Sequence record: SRR20825019_998
Strand: one strand, 5' to 3'
DNA: 54,528 bases
Position numbers and translations under genes: made by a program. Below the pieces are notes generated by a model that was given only the letters and a program-made list of their open reading frames with translations, had not been told where the DNA came from and did no database searches. Below, in pieces: positions 40,106 to 49,655 of this stretch. Every line of letters begins with the position of its first letter. The stretch's first letter is position 1.

Positions 40106-40270
40106 CTATATGCCAACTATATGCCGACGCTATGTCGTATATATACCAATGCTATGCCATAACTACTCCTTACCTCCTGCTACATACCCCCTACTTTCAT
40201 ACTATTTATATACACCTATCCTACACATATAAACAAACCTAAACTCACACTAAACTCGACTTAAGCCTCA
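40106..40270. repeat. Degenerate, drifting 11-bp-period tandem array (about 15 units)
   Basis: TATGCC/TATGCC/TATGTC/TATACC/TATGCC at 40109, 40120, 40131, 40142, 40153; CTA at 40180, 40191, 40202; TACAC at 40211, 40222; CTAAACTC at 40239, 40250. Confidence 0.8.
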
Positions 40271-40283
40271 TAGCAACATTGCT

Positions 40284-40314
40284 TTTGCATACTCAAAATA
40301 AAACAATACCTTTA
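40284..40314 (+). promoter_or_regulatory. Candidate promoter for the FG-GAP gene
   Basis: TTTG 40284-40287, 19-bp spacer, TACCTTTA 40307-40314 (one mismatch to TAnnTTTG). Confidence 0.45.
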
Positions 40315-40340
40315 GAAAAATTAACTTCAAAAACATATTA

Positions 40341-42098
40341 ATGAAAAAGACAATTACCCTCTTATCTGCCATATTCCTTGGAGCGACAGTTATTTCCACT
40401 GCACAACAACAAGGTAAAAAAGCAAGTTTAAACGAAGACGGCACTATTTCAGTTGAAACAGTAATGATGCCTGAAAGGTATAATAACTCAAAACAACCCC
40501 AAGTTTTTGATAGGATATGGCGTTTAGGAGAACCTACAAATCCTACATTCAAAAATACTCGAGGTGTTACCTTGGCAGATATAGATAACGATGGAGTAGA
40601 CGAAATTCTATTCGGAATTTGGAACACCCTATACGCTCTTAAAGGTGATGGCAGCGTTTTTTGGAATAAAACCCTTAGCGGAACAATATTATTACCACCT
40701 ACCGTAGCAGATTTAGATGATGATGGCACACTAGAAATTATTGTAAATACTGGTGGCGTACCAAATGCAGGTAGGGTTTACCTTATAGACCCAAATGGAA
40801 ACGACCTTCCTGGTTGGCCCCTAAACTTTAGCGACCACTGGATGATTAACGCGCCAGCTGCCGCAGATGTTGACGGTGATGGAGACCTAGAAATAATTAC
40901 TGGCGAACGCGTAAGCGGAACACAAGGGTTTGTGCACGTTATAAATAAAGACGGAACCTCAATTAATGCAAACTGGCCTGTTGAAGTGGGCGCAACTCCT
41001 GCTTTTACACCTTCTATTGCAGATGTTGATAATGATGGCAATGCAGATGTAGTTATTGCAGCTTCAAGCGGAGGTATGTATATTTTTGACAATCAAGGGC
41101 AGGTTTTTCCTAATTTCCCAGTGGTTGATGCAAATGTGAAATATTCCTACCAATCGCCAATACTTGCAGATCTTGACGGTGATAACGATTTAGAGATTAT
41201 AGGAAGTAACCACGGGGATGCCCCAGGTTTCTACGTAATGGAACACGATGGAACTTATAAATCTGGCTGGCCTATTGCTCTAGGTGGTTGGACCTATTCA
41301 CCAGCAACGGTTTTGGATATTGATAATGACGGTACTTTCGAAATCTTTATGTCAGATAGAAACACGAGCAGTACCCAAGGCGATGTACTTCCTACCATCT
41401 ATGGTTTAGACCCTGATGGAGGGAACCTACCTAATTTCCCAATAGATAAATATGGTGGTACAGAAGGGGTACTTTCTATAGCAGATGTAAATGACGATGG
41501 CGTACTAGATATTGTTTTCCCAAGTGTGCTTACCGATGCTGATGGTATAGGGTATATTCATGCCTTTTCATTAGATGGTACGGGTGAAATAGATGGTTTC
41601 CCATTACGCCCACGCGGATTTACATTTTTAAACGGTGCTGTGTTAGGAGATGTGAATGATGACGGCATGTTAGACCTTACTGCAAATAGTTATACTCAAA
41701 CCTTTGGTGGCGGTGTAGACTCTACGTATGTAAGCCTATATAACCTAAACGTACCCTACAATCCTGCAACTATAAAACGTAATGGCTATAAAGGCGAAAA
41801 CACACGTTCTGGTTATGTAAAGCTTGATGATGTGGCTGGTATTACCGAAAACACCCAACTAAATCTAATAAACATTGCTCCCAATCCTTCAAATGGAATG
41901 CTAACCTTTACAGTTCCAGCTGCAATACAAAAAGCTACCGTAAAAATATTCGGGATAGATGGGAAAGTAATGCTTTCAGAAGAAACAAATCTTGAAGCTA
42001 CTTCAAGCTTTAATTTAAAGCATCTTAAAAGCGGTATCTATTTCGTAACCATTTCCGACGGAAAAAATACTTCAACAGCAAAGTGGATTAAAAACTAA
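40341..42098 (+). CDS. FG-GAP/VCBS repeat beta-propeller protein with T9SS type A CTD
   Basis: Eight Dx[DN]xDG-like repeats (DIDNDG, DLDDDG, DVDGDG, DVDNDG, DLDGDN, DIDNDG, DVNDDG x2) with GWP/NFP motifs; CTD IAPNPS...LKSGIYFVTI...KWIK. Confidence 0.9.
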   Translation: MKKTITLLSAIFLGATVISTAQQQGKKASLNEDGTISVETVMMPERYNNSKQPQVFDRIWRLGEPTNPTFKNTRGVTLADIDNDGVDEILFGIWNTLYALKGDGSVFWNKTLSGTILLPPTVADLDDDGTLEIIVNTGGVPNAGRVYLIDPNGNDLPGWPLNFSDHWMINAPAAADVDGDGDLEIITGERVSGTQGFVHVINKDGTSINANWPVEVGATPAFTPSIADVDNDGNADVVIAASSGGMYIFDNQGQVFPNFPVVDANVKYSYQSPILADLDGDNDLEIIGSNHGDAPGFYVMEHDGTYKSGWPIALGGWTYSPATVLDIDNDGTFEIFMSDRNTSSTQGDVLPTIYGLDPDGGNLPNFPIDKYGGTEGVLSIADVNDDGVLDIVFPSVLTDADGIGYIHAFSLDGTGEIDGFPLRPRGFTFLNGAVLGDVNDDGMLDLTANSYTQTFGGGVDSTYVSLYNLNVPYNPATIKRNGYKGENTRSGYVKLDDVAGITENTQLNLINIAPNPSNGMLTFTVPAAIQKATVKIFGIDGKVMLSEETNLEATSSFNLKHLKSGIYFVTISDGKNTSTAKWIKN

Positions 42099-42121
42099 GC
42101 AACTTGTTATTCTAAAACAAC

Positions 42122-42158
42122 AAAAATCCCTTTCCGTAATTGGAAAGGGATTTTTTTA
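42122..42158. terminator. Bidirectional intrinsic terminator between convergent genes
   Basis: 14-bp stem AAAAATCCCTTTCC / GGAAAGGGATTTTT. Confidence 0.88.
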
Positions 42159-42201
42159 TATTCCACCTTCTTGAAGTTAAGAATTACAGAAGTAGATAAT
42201 C

Positions 42202-43248
42202 TTACTCTATAACATTTTGCGAATAACTACGCCATTTATCTAAACAGGCTTCCATATCATCAGGGATAGCACATTCAAAACGCATAAACTCTTTCGTAAC
42301 TGGATGCACAAATCCTAATGTTCGCGCATGAAGTGCTTGGCGTGGCAATACTTTAAAACAGTTTTCTACAAACTGCTTGTATTTGCTAAACGTTGTTCCT
42401 TTTAAAATTCTTTCACCTCCATAACGCTCATCGTTGAAGAGTGTATGCCCTATGTATTTAAGATGCACTCTAATTTGGTGTGTTCTTCCAGTTTCCAGCC
42501 TACAAGAAACAAAAGTAACATATCCCAAACGCTCTAAAACTTTATAGTGCGTAACGGCTGGTTTTCCTTTTTCTTCTTCATCATTTTCGTAAACAGTGTT
42601 CTGTAAACGGTTTTTTGGATGACGACCAATATTACCTTCAATTGTACCTTCTTCATCTTCCATATTTCCCCAAACTAAAGCCACATATTCACGCTCTGTT
42701 GTTTTATCAAAAAACTGCTTGGCAAGAAATGTCATTGCTTCTTCCGTCTTTGCAACTACCAACAAGCCACTAGTATCCTTATCAATTCTATGAACTAATC
42801 CAGGTCTATTACTGGAATTATTGGGAAGGTTTTCAAAATGATATGTCAGCGCATTTATTAGCGTTCCACTATAATTACCATGACCAGGATGCACCACCAT
42901 TCCAGCGGGTTTATTAACCACCAGAACAGCATCGTCTTCATACACAATATCTAAAGGAATATTTTCAGGCACTAACAAAAACTCATAAGGTGGATGTTCA
43001 AAAAGAACCGTAACCACATCATTCCCTTTTACCTTGTAGTTAGATTTTACAGGAATTCCGTTTACGTGTATATTACCCGCAACAGCAGCTTTTTGAATTT
43101 TATTACGAGTCGCTTTTTCAATCAGGTTCATCAAGTATTTATCTACTCGAAGTGCGCCCTGCCCCTTGTCTGCCTTAAAACGGTAATGTTCATAAAGGTC
43201 ATCATTACCATCCGTTTCATCAATTTCCGCTTCGTTAAAATTCGCCAT
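42202..43248 (-). CDS. rluD: RluA/RluD family 23S rRNA pseudouridine synthase
   Basis: S4 domain RVDKYL, VNKPAGMVVHP, GLVHRIDKDTSGL, LETGRTHQIRVH, RQALHA. Confidence 0.93.
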   Translation of the reverse strand: MANFNEAEIDETDGNDDLYEHYRFKADKGQGALRVDKYLMNLIEKATRNKIQKAAVAGNIHVNGIPVKSNYKVKGNDVVTVLFEHPPYEFLLVPENIPLDIVYEDDAVLVVNKPAGMVVHPGHGNYSGTLINALTYHFENLPNNSSNRPGLVHRIDKDTSGLLVVAKTEEAMTFLAKQFFDKTTEREYVALVWGNMEDEEGTIEGNIGRHPKNRLQNTVYENDEEEKGKPAVTHYKVLERLGYVTFVSCRLETGRTHQIRVHLKYIGHTLFNDERYGGERILKGTTFSKYKQFVENCFKVLPRQALHARTLGFVHPVTKEFMRFECAIPDDMEACLDKWRSYSQNVIE

Positions 43249-43867
43249 TATCGTTTTCTATGTTTTCTGTTGACGCATCTGGACTTTCTTCCGAAGAATC
43301 ATCATTAGATTGTATTCTATTTAAAGATTGATCGCCAACTATCAAGTCTATCACAGCTGTTTTTTCAATTGGGGTTCCTGGATCAAGCTTTTCACCCTTA
43401 TAGCGCATTTCCAGCACATTATCACTTATATGTGGTCTATAACTTACTTTTCCAACCACAAAACCCATCGCCAAAAGTGTAGGTTCTGCTTGTCTGCGTG
43501 TGCGCCCTAAAACATTTGGAACATCAATTTTTCTGTATCCTGAAGGGTTTAGCGTTAAATATAGCTTTCTATCTTCCTTTACAAATTTTCCTGGCTTTGG
43601 AATCTGTTCAATAACTGAATATCGCGGGTAATCTGGATTGTAGTTTGCAGAATCTAAGATTTCATAACGCAAATCCATTTCATTTAATGTTTCTTCAACT
43701 TTATCTAACGACATTTTGGCCAAATTAGGCACTTCAATCTTTTCATTGTGATTCGTGCTAATTCGCAACCACCATAATATTAAAAATGCTAAAATAAGTA
43801 GCGCTACTAATGCCAAAAGCAATTGTTTAAAAAATGCTTTGGTTAATACAAACTGGAAAAAATTCAT
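43235..43867 (-). CDS. PASTA domain membrane protein
   Basis: N-terminal TM; VPNLAKMS and VPNVLGRT PASTA repeats. Confidence 0.88.
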   Translation of the reverse strand: MNFFQFVLTKAFFKQLLLALVALLILAFLILWWLRISTNHNEKIEVPNLAKMSLDKVEETLNEMDLRYEILDSANYNPDYPRYSVIEQIPKPGKFVKEDRKLYLTLNPSGYRKIDVPNVLGRTRRQAEPTLLAMGFVVGKVSYRPHISDNVLEMRYKGEKLDPGTPIEKTAVIDLIVGDQSLNRIQSNDDSSEESPDASTENIENDNGEF

Positions 43868-43886
43868 ACGTTTCTTTGTTAATGCA

Positions 43887-43894
43887 CAAAAATA
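43887..43894 (-). promoter_or_regulatory. -7 element (TATTTTTG) for PASTA-rluD
   Basis: TAnnTTTG match 19 bp upstream of the ATG. Confidence 0.55.
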
Positions 43895-44091
43895 TAAAAC
43901 CCAAAGGTAGTATCTTTTGTTGAGTTTGAAATTTTAATGAAACTTTAATTGCTACTCACAAACATATTAAAGCCTTGATTGCTTCCGTTAGTTTGTAAGC
44001 TAGCGTCATTCATTATTTTAAAAAGATGTCAAGTAGTTTAATTAAGTGTGCAACTTTAAATTTAAACCATCCTACAGACCTTTATTTTTAA

Positions 44092-44099
44092 TACTTTTG
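44092..44099 (+). promoter_or_regulatory. -7 element (TACTTTTG) for ddl
   Basis: TAnnTTTG match 25 bp upstream of the ATG. Confidence 0.55.
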
Positions 44100-44124
44100 T
44101 AAACGCAGATTTTAAGCATTTGTT

Positions 44125-45102
44125 ATGGGGAAAAAACATATAGCCGTTGCCATGGGCGGATATTCCAGCGAGTACAAAATTTCGTTGAACAGCGGCGAAA
44201 TTGTTTGCAATGCACTCGACAAAAATAAATATGAAGTATATCCTATCCATATTTTGGAGGAAGGATGGCACTATGTTTCAAAAGAGGGAACAAAATACCC
44301 TATAAATAAAGCTGATTTCAGTTTTAAAAATGGCAGTGAAACCATCCATCCAGATGCAGTTTTCAATACCATTCATGGTACTCCTGGTGAAGACGGATAC
44401 CTACAAGCCTATTGGGAATTACTGAAAATTCCGCATACTAGTACCGATTATTATCAAGCTGCACTTAGCTTTAACAAGCGCGATTGCCTTTCGGTTTTGA
44501 AAAACTTTGGCGTTCGGGCAGCTAATTCGTATTATGTAAATGAAGGCACAGAAATTAATATTGAAGAAATAATTAAGAAAACCGGCTTGCCGTGTTTTGT
44601 AAAACCAAATCGTTCTGGCTCCAGTTTTGGGATAAGTAAAGTGAATGAAATGGATGAAATAATGCCAGCCATTAAAAATGCATTTACTGAAGATTCTGAA
44701 ATAATAATTGAAACCGCTTTGGTGGGCACAGAAGTTTCCGTTGGCGTGTATAATAATGGAGATGAAATTATTGCGCTGCCCGTAACTGAAATTGTTTCAG
44801 AAAATGAATTCTTTGATTATGAAGCGAAATACCTAGGGAAATCTGAAGAAATTACCCCAGCACGTATTTCAACAGAAGAAACTGAAATGGTGCAAAAAGA
44901 GGCTGTTAGAATCTATAAATTATTGAATATGAAAGGTATTTCTCGTAGTGAATTCATCATTGAAAATGGAAAGCCTTATTTTCTTGAAATAAACACCAAC
45001 CCAGGACTTTCAACTGAAAGTATCATCCCTAAACAAGCGCGTGAAGCTGGAATGACATTGACACATTTTTTTGACATTCTACTACAAAATATTCTAAAAT
45101 AG
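44125..45102 (+). CDS. ddl: D-alanine--D-alanine ligase
   Basis: GGYSSEYKISLNSG, IHGTPGEDG, FVKPNRSGSSFG, FDYEAKY, LEINTNPG. Confidence 0.96.
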   Translation: MGKKHIAVAMGGYSSEYKISLNSGEIVCNALDKNKYEVYPIHILEEGWHYVSKEGTKYPINKADFSFKNGSETIHPDAVFNTIHGTPGEDGYLQAYWELLKIPHTSTDYYQAALSFNKRDCLSVLKNFGVRAANSYYVNEGTEINIEEIIKKTGLPCFVKPNRSGSSFGISKVNEMDEIMPAIKNAFTEDSEIIIETALVGTEVSVGVYNNGDEIIALPVTEIVSENEFFDYEAKYLGKSEEITPARISTEETEMVQKEAVRIYKLLNMKGISRSEFIIENGKPYFLEINTNPGLSTESIIPKQAREAGMTLTHFFDILLQNILK

Positions 45103-45142
45103 TTTTAAGCTTGAAAGGTTTTAAACTTTTAATTTTTAATAA

Positions 45143-46261
45143 ATGAAATATTACCTCATAGCAGGCGAAGCATCTGGAGATTTACACGGTGCTAATTTAA
45201 TTAAAGCTTTAAAGAAGGAAGATGCCGAGGCAGATTTTCGTTTTTGGGGTGGCGATTTAATGAAAGCTGCTGGCGGAACTGAAGTTAAACATTACCGCGA
45301 TTTAGCTTTTATGGGTTTTGCCGAAGTAATAATGAACCTTGGCACCATTTTAAAGAATATTAAATTCTGTAAAAAAGACATCGAAAACTACAATCCCGAT
45401 GTAATTATCTTTATTGATTATCCAGGTTTCAACCTTCGTATTGCCAAATGGGCTCGACAAAAAGGCTATAAAACACATTATTATATTTCTCCACAAATCT
45501 GGGCTTGGAAAGAAGGACGCATCAAAGAAATAAAGCGAGATATAGATGAAATGTACGTAATTCTACCTTTTGAAAAAGAGTTTTACGAAGCGAAACACGA
45601 GTTTCCTGTTCATTTTGTAGGTCACCCTTTAATTGATGCAATACATAACAGAACACAAGTAATTCCGAAGAAATTTAAAGAAGAAAATGGGTTAGACGAA
45701 CGCCCAATTATTGCACTCCTTCCTGGAAGTAGAAAACAGGAAATAAAAAAAATGCTAGAGATTATGATTTCTGTAGCAAAGGATTTTAAAGAATATCAGT
45801 TTGTTATTGCAGGCGCTCCTAGTCAGGAAAAATCATTTTACGAAACATTTCTTAGCACTAAAAATGTACATTTTGTAGCAAACAAAACCTATGATCTTTT
45901 AAGTATTTCAGAAGCAGCATTGGTAACTTCGGGTACAGCAACTTTAGAGACTGCATTGTTTAAAGTACCGCAAGTAGTTTGTTATAAAGGAAACCAGATT
46001 TCGTATGAAATTGCCAAACGTGTTATTAAACTGGAATATATTTCATTGGTAAACCTCATTTTAAATAAAACTGTGGTTACCGAGTTAATTCAATCAGACT
46101 TCAATAAAAAGAGGTTAAAAGAAGAACTTTCAGCTATTCTTGATTCCAAAAAACGTGAAACAATGTTTGTGGAATACTTCAATCTTGAAAAAGCTCTTGG
46201 CGGCCGAGGAGCAAGTGAAAATACAGCCAAACTTATCCATTCTGCAATCAAGGTAAAATAG
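45143..46261 (+). CDS. lpxB: Lipid-A-disaccharide synthase
   Basis: AGEASGDLHG, IDYPGFN, SPQIWAW, VGHPL, LLPGSR, SGTATLE. Confidence 0.96.
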   Translation: MKYYLIAGEASGDLHGANLIKALKKEDAEADFRFWGGDLMKAAGGTEVKHYRDLAFMGFAEVIMNLGTILKNIKFCKKDIENYNPDVIIFIDYPGFNLRIAKWARQKGYKTHYYISPQIWAWKEGRIKEIKRDIDEMYVILPFEKEFYEAKHEFPVHFVGHPLIDAIHNRTQVIPKKFKEENGLDERPIIALLPGSRKQEIKKMLEIMISVAKDFKEYQFVIAGAPSQEKSFYETFLSTKNVHFVANKTYDLLSISEAALVTSGTATLETALFKVPQVVCYKGNQISYEIAKRVIKLEYISLVNLILNKTVVTELIQSDFNKKRLKEELSAILDSKKRETMFVEYFNLEKALGGRGASENTAKLIHSAIKVK

Positions 46262-46305
46262 ATAAAGTTTTATATATTTAGGCAATTAACCGCTATTCCC
46301 TATTG

Positions 46306-46881
46306 ATGAGAAAACTACTTTTACTTTCCTTTTTTTCTATAGTTCTTATTTCTTGCGGAAGCACGAAAAACACAGGTAAAATACCTAAAGAAATTATTGG
46401 CAAAAACGAGTCAAACACAACACCAATTAAAACAGTAAGCCCTAATAAAAACAATAGCGTAACCAAGAAAGTAGAAAAAGAAAACGAAGAAAGTCCGAAG
46501 GAAGTAAAGCAAGAAATCATTGATTACGCCAAGACTTTTCAAGGCACACGTTATAAATATGGAGGAACTACCGCCTCTGGAATGGATTGCTCTGGCTTGG
46601 TTTACACCGCATTTTTAAAAGAAAACATTGCTTTACCCCGCGTATCGCGCGATATGGCTACAAAAGGAATTCTTATTTCCTTTAAAGATATTGAGAAAGG
46701 CGATTTAGTGTTTTTTAAAACCAGCAAAAAAAACACGATTACACATGTTGGTTTGGTTGTAGAAGCAAAACGAGGTGAAGTTAAGTTTATCCATTCTACC
46801 ACGAGAGCTGGGGTTATTATTTCATCTCTTGATGAAGCCTATTGGAAAAAAGCGTTTGCAGAAGTGCGTCGAATAATATAA
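46306..46881 (+). CDS. NlpC/P60 (C40) cell-wall peptidase lipoprotein
   Basis: Lipobox LISC; YKYGG, DCSG, LPRVS, GDLVFF, HVGL, FIHS. Confidence 0.93.
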   Translation: MRKLLLLSFFSIVLISCGSTKNTGKIPKEIIGKNESNTTPIKTVSPNKNNSVTKKVEKENEESPKEVKQEIIDYAKTFQGTRYKYGGTTASGMDCSGLVYTAFLKENIALPRVSRDMATKGILISFKDIEKGDLVFFKTSKKNTITHVGLVVEAKRGEVKFIHSTTRAGVIISSLDEAYWKKAFAEVRRII

Positions 46882-46986
46882 CCACTTAATTAATAGTTGA
46901 TTAAAGTTGTTTTCTTGAGTAAAATTCGTTACTTTTAAGAACCTCCTCCCCAAAAAATTTTAAGTATCAACTTAAATTATTTGGGT

Positions 46987-49008
46987 ATGAAATTCATAAA
47001 CTTTATAATAGTAAAGTTTTCTGTATTCATGGTGCTGGGGATTCTCTTCGCGCACTTCTTCCCTATTTCTGCCTTATTACTTAATTTTCTTTTAGTACTG
47101 TTCCTTATTGTTTTTGCCTTGTGGTTTTGGGCGAAAAAGCAATTTATCCAAACCATTTACTTCGGAATTTCTTGCTATCTCTGTTTTTTCACTATTGGAT
47201 ATTTTAGTTATCAACTACGTTTACCACAATTTCAGCCCACACATTATTCGCTTAAAACAACTACAAACCCTGAATTAATTCAACTTAAAATTAGTCAGCC
47301 ATTAAAGCCAGACAAGTTCAACCATAAATACATTGCCAATGTGAATGCTATAAACGGTATTTCTTCGAGAGGGAAAATACTGTTGAATATTTCTAAGGAT
47401 TCATTGATGAATTCCTTTTCTGCAGATGAAGTTTTATTGGTGAATGCAAGTATTTCTGAAATTCCAAAACCGCTAAATCCCCACCAATTTGATTATTCAG
47501 AATATATGAAATCACTGGGAGTGTATGGTCAATTACGTATTTCGGAAAAAGTTATTATAAAAACCCGAAAAGGAAATAAAACCCTCCTTGGGATTGCACA
47601 AAATTTTAGAGCAAGCATTGTTGAAAAACTTCAAAAAACAAAATTAAAAACTGATGAGCGTGCCATTGTTCAAGCACTCATTTTAGGAGAAAAAAAAGAT
47701 ATTGATAAAACGCTTTACACAGCATACGCAGCTGCGGGAGCAGTACATATTTTAGCTGTTTCTGGACTTCATGTAGGTATTTTATATCTTATTCTTGCTT
47801 TTATATTCAAACCCTTAGCACGGATAAAACAGGGTGTGATAGTAAGTTCAATTATAATTATCATTCTTTTATGGGGTTTTGCAATGCTATCTGGTTTATC
47901 GCCATCTGTAACTCGTGCAGTAACAATGTTTAGCTTTTTTGCAGCAGCAAAACTTTTTAATAGAGATACAAATGCTATAAACACACTCTTTCTTTCCTTT
48001 TTAACACTATTAATTATCAACCCTTTATGGCTTTTTCAAATCGGGTTTCAGCTGAGTTATTTGGCGGTGTTTTTTATAGTATGGTTGCAGCCTATTTTTT
48101 ACAAAATTGGGTATTCAAAACATTGGTTAATTCGTAAAGTATGGTCAATTGTAACGGTTACGCTTTGTGCGCAAATTGGCGTTTTACCTTTAAGCTTGTA
48201 TTATTTTCATCAATTTCCCGGCTTATTTTTAATTACCAATATTGTGGTGCTCCCCTTTTTAACAATCTTAATGTGTGGTGGGTTATTAATTGTTTTTTTA
48301 GCGACAATAAACGCCTTACCAGATTGGATTGCAGAAAGCTATAATTTTTTAATTGAAGGGCTCAATGGTTTTATTCATTGGGTGGCAATGCAGGAGGATT
48401 TTTTATTTAAAGACATTCATTTTTCTGCTTTAAAAGTATTGGGAAGTTATCTATTGATTATTGTAGTTGCATTGTTATTCCAGAAAATGAATTATAGAAG
48501 AATAATGACTTCTTTACTTGCTTTTTCAATATTGCTATTGATTTATTGCTATGATGCATATAAGGTTTCTTCAAACCAATTTATCGTTTTTCAGAAGAGC
48601 AAACAGACCCTTATCGGTTATAAAAACGGAACCGATTTTATTGTATTCAGCAATGATACAACAAAGAATTATTTGGAAAACTACCCTATTAAGTCCTTTA
48701 AAACAGCAGTCAACATTAAAAATTATTCTAAAGAAAAGATTCCTGGAATATTTGAATATAAACTTAAAAATGTATTGGTATTAGATAGTTTAGGAGTATT
48801 TCCGAAGCACAAAAACATACACACTTTAATCCTTACAAATAGTCCAAAAATGAATTTAAACCGATTGATTGATAGTTTGAAGCCAAAACAAATTCTTGCG
48901 GATGGAAGTAATTATTTTAGTTATGTAGCACGTTGGGAAAAAACCTGTAAAATAAAAAAGCTCCCGTTTAGTCATACTGCTAAACAAGGAGCTTTCTCAT
49001 TAGAATAG
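46987..49008 (+). CDS. comEC: ComEC/Rec2 family membrane protein
   Basis: NPHQFDY, ALILGEK, GAVHILAVSGLHVG, SPSVTRA, GFQLSYLAV; no intact metallo-beta-lactamase motif seen. Confidence 0.9.
   Translation: MKFINFIIVKFSVFMVLGILFAHFFPISALLLNFLLVLFLIVFALWFWAKKQFIQTIYFGISCYLCFFTIGYFSYQLRLPQFQPTHYSLKTTTNPELIQLKISQPLKPDKFNHKYIANVNAINGISSRGKILLNISKDSLMNSFSADEVLLVNASISEIPKPLNPHQFDYSEYMKSLGVYGQLRISEKVIIKTRKGNKTLLGIAQNFRASIVEKLQKTKLKTDERAIVQALILGEKKDIDKTLYTAYAAAGAVHILAVSGLHVGILYLILAFIFKPLARIKQGVIVSSIIIIILLWGFAMLSGLSPSVTRAVTMFSFFAAAKLFNRDTNAINTLFLSFLTLLIINPLWLFQIGFQLSYLAVFFIVWLQPIFYKIGYSKHWLIRKVWSIVTVTLCAQIGVLPLSLYYFHQFPGLFLITNIVVLPFLTILMCGGLLIVFLATINALPDWIAESYNFLIEGLNGFIHWVAMQEDFLFKDIHFSALKVLGSYLLIIVVALLFQKMNYRRIMTSLLAFSILLLIYCYDAYKVSSNQFIVFQKSKQTLIGYKNGTDFIVFSNDTTKNYLENYPIKSFKTAVNIKNYSKEKIPGIFEYKLKNVLVLDSLGVFPKHKNIHTLILTNSPKMNLNRLIDSLKPKQILADGSNYFSYVARWEKTCKIKKLPFSHTAKQGAFSLE
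48954..48995 (-). terminator. Probable terminator of the thioredoxin gene, embedded in the comEC 3' coding sequence
   Basis: Minus-strand AAAGCUCC-UUGUUUAG...CUAAAC-G-GGAGCUUU followed by U's. Confidence 0.55.
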
Positions 49009-49035
49009 CTCGAATATGAAACCGAAAATGCTACT

Positions 49036-49569
49036 CTAAAATGTAGGTTTAAATTTTTTCTGATAATCTTCCCATGCTGCAGTTGTTGTTATCTTTAAAT
49101 AATCGTCACTATGTATCATTTTAAGGAAAATTTCAAGTTGTGGAGGTGTTCTATAACCTGGAACGGATTGAATAAGGTCTCCATTTTCTTTAAAAAATAC
49201 AATACTTGGATATGCATTTACTTTTAATGCGTGCGCAAAAAGATGTTGCGAATTTCTTCCCTTTCTATTTGGATCATAATTAGGGTTTGTATAAACAAAA
49301 TCCTGATAATTAACTTCTTCAGTACCTTCAGCATTGAACTTTACAGCATAATAATTTTCGTTTACATACTCAATAACCTCTTTGTCGCTAAATGTGTTTT
49401 TATCTAACATTTTGCATGGCCCACACCAAGTAGTATAAACATCCATAAAAATTTTCTTGGGCTCTTTTTTTTGTGCTTCTAAAGCTTCATTCATCGTCAT
49501 CCAATTAATTTTTTGGGCGTTGATGGTGCCTGCAGACAAAATAAGGAATAGTAGTAAAAAATATTTCAT
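49036..49569 (-). CDS. Exported thioredoxin-fold protein
   Basis: Signal peptide; WCGPC; YAVKFNAE; YPSIVF. Confidence 0.9.
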   Translation of the reverse strand: MKYFLLLFLILSAGTINAQKINWMTMNEALEAQKKEPKKIFMDVYTTWCGPCKMLDKNTFSDKEVIEYVNENYYAVKFNAEGTEEVNYQDFVYTNPNYDPNRKGRNSQHLFAHALKVNAYPSIVFFKENGDLIQSVPGYRTPPQLEIFLKMIHSDDYLKITTTAAWEDYQKKFKPTF

Positions 49570-49600
49570 TGTATAAGCTATTTAAGATTCCGGGTTTTTA

Positions 49601-49632
49601 AAACAAAAAGCGTTCCATAAAAAAGGAACGCT
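49601..49632 (-). terminator. Intrinsic terminator after the POT transporter
   Basis: AGCGTTCC / GGAACGCT stem with a U-rich tail on the minus strand. Confidence 0.7.
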
Positions 49633-49655
49633 CATTGTGTAAAAAGTATTGTGTA

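Noticed and set aside
40106-40270. CRISPR array or coding repeat interpretation of the 11-bp array
   Set aside because: No constant 23-47 bp repeat with unique spacers, no cas genes, and the period is not a multiple of 3
40268-41092. Minus-strand ORFs 40268-40729 and 40778-41092
   Set aside because: Antisense to the well-supported FG-GAP T9SS gene
43868-44124. Possible ncRNA in the PASTA-ddl intergenic region
   Set aside because: No stable structure or recognisable RNA motif; divergent promoters explain it
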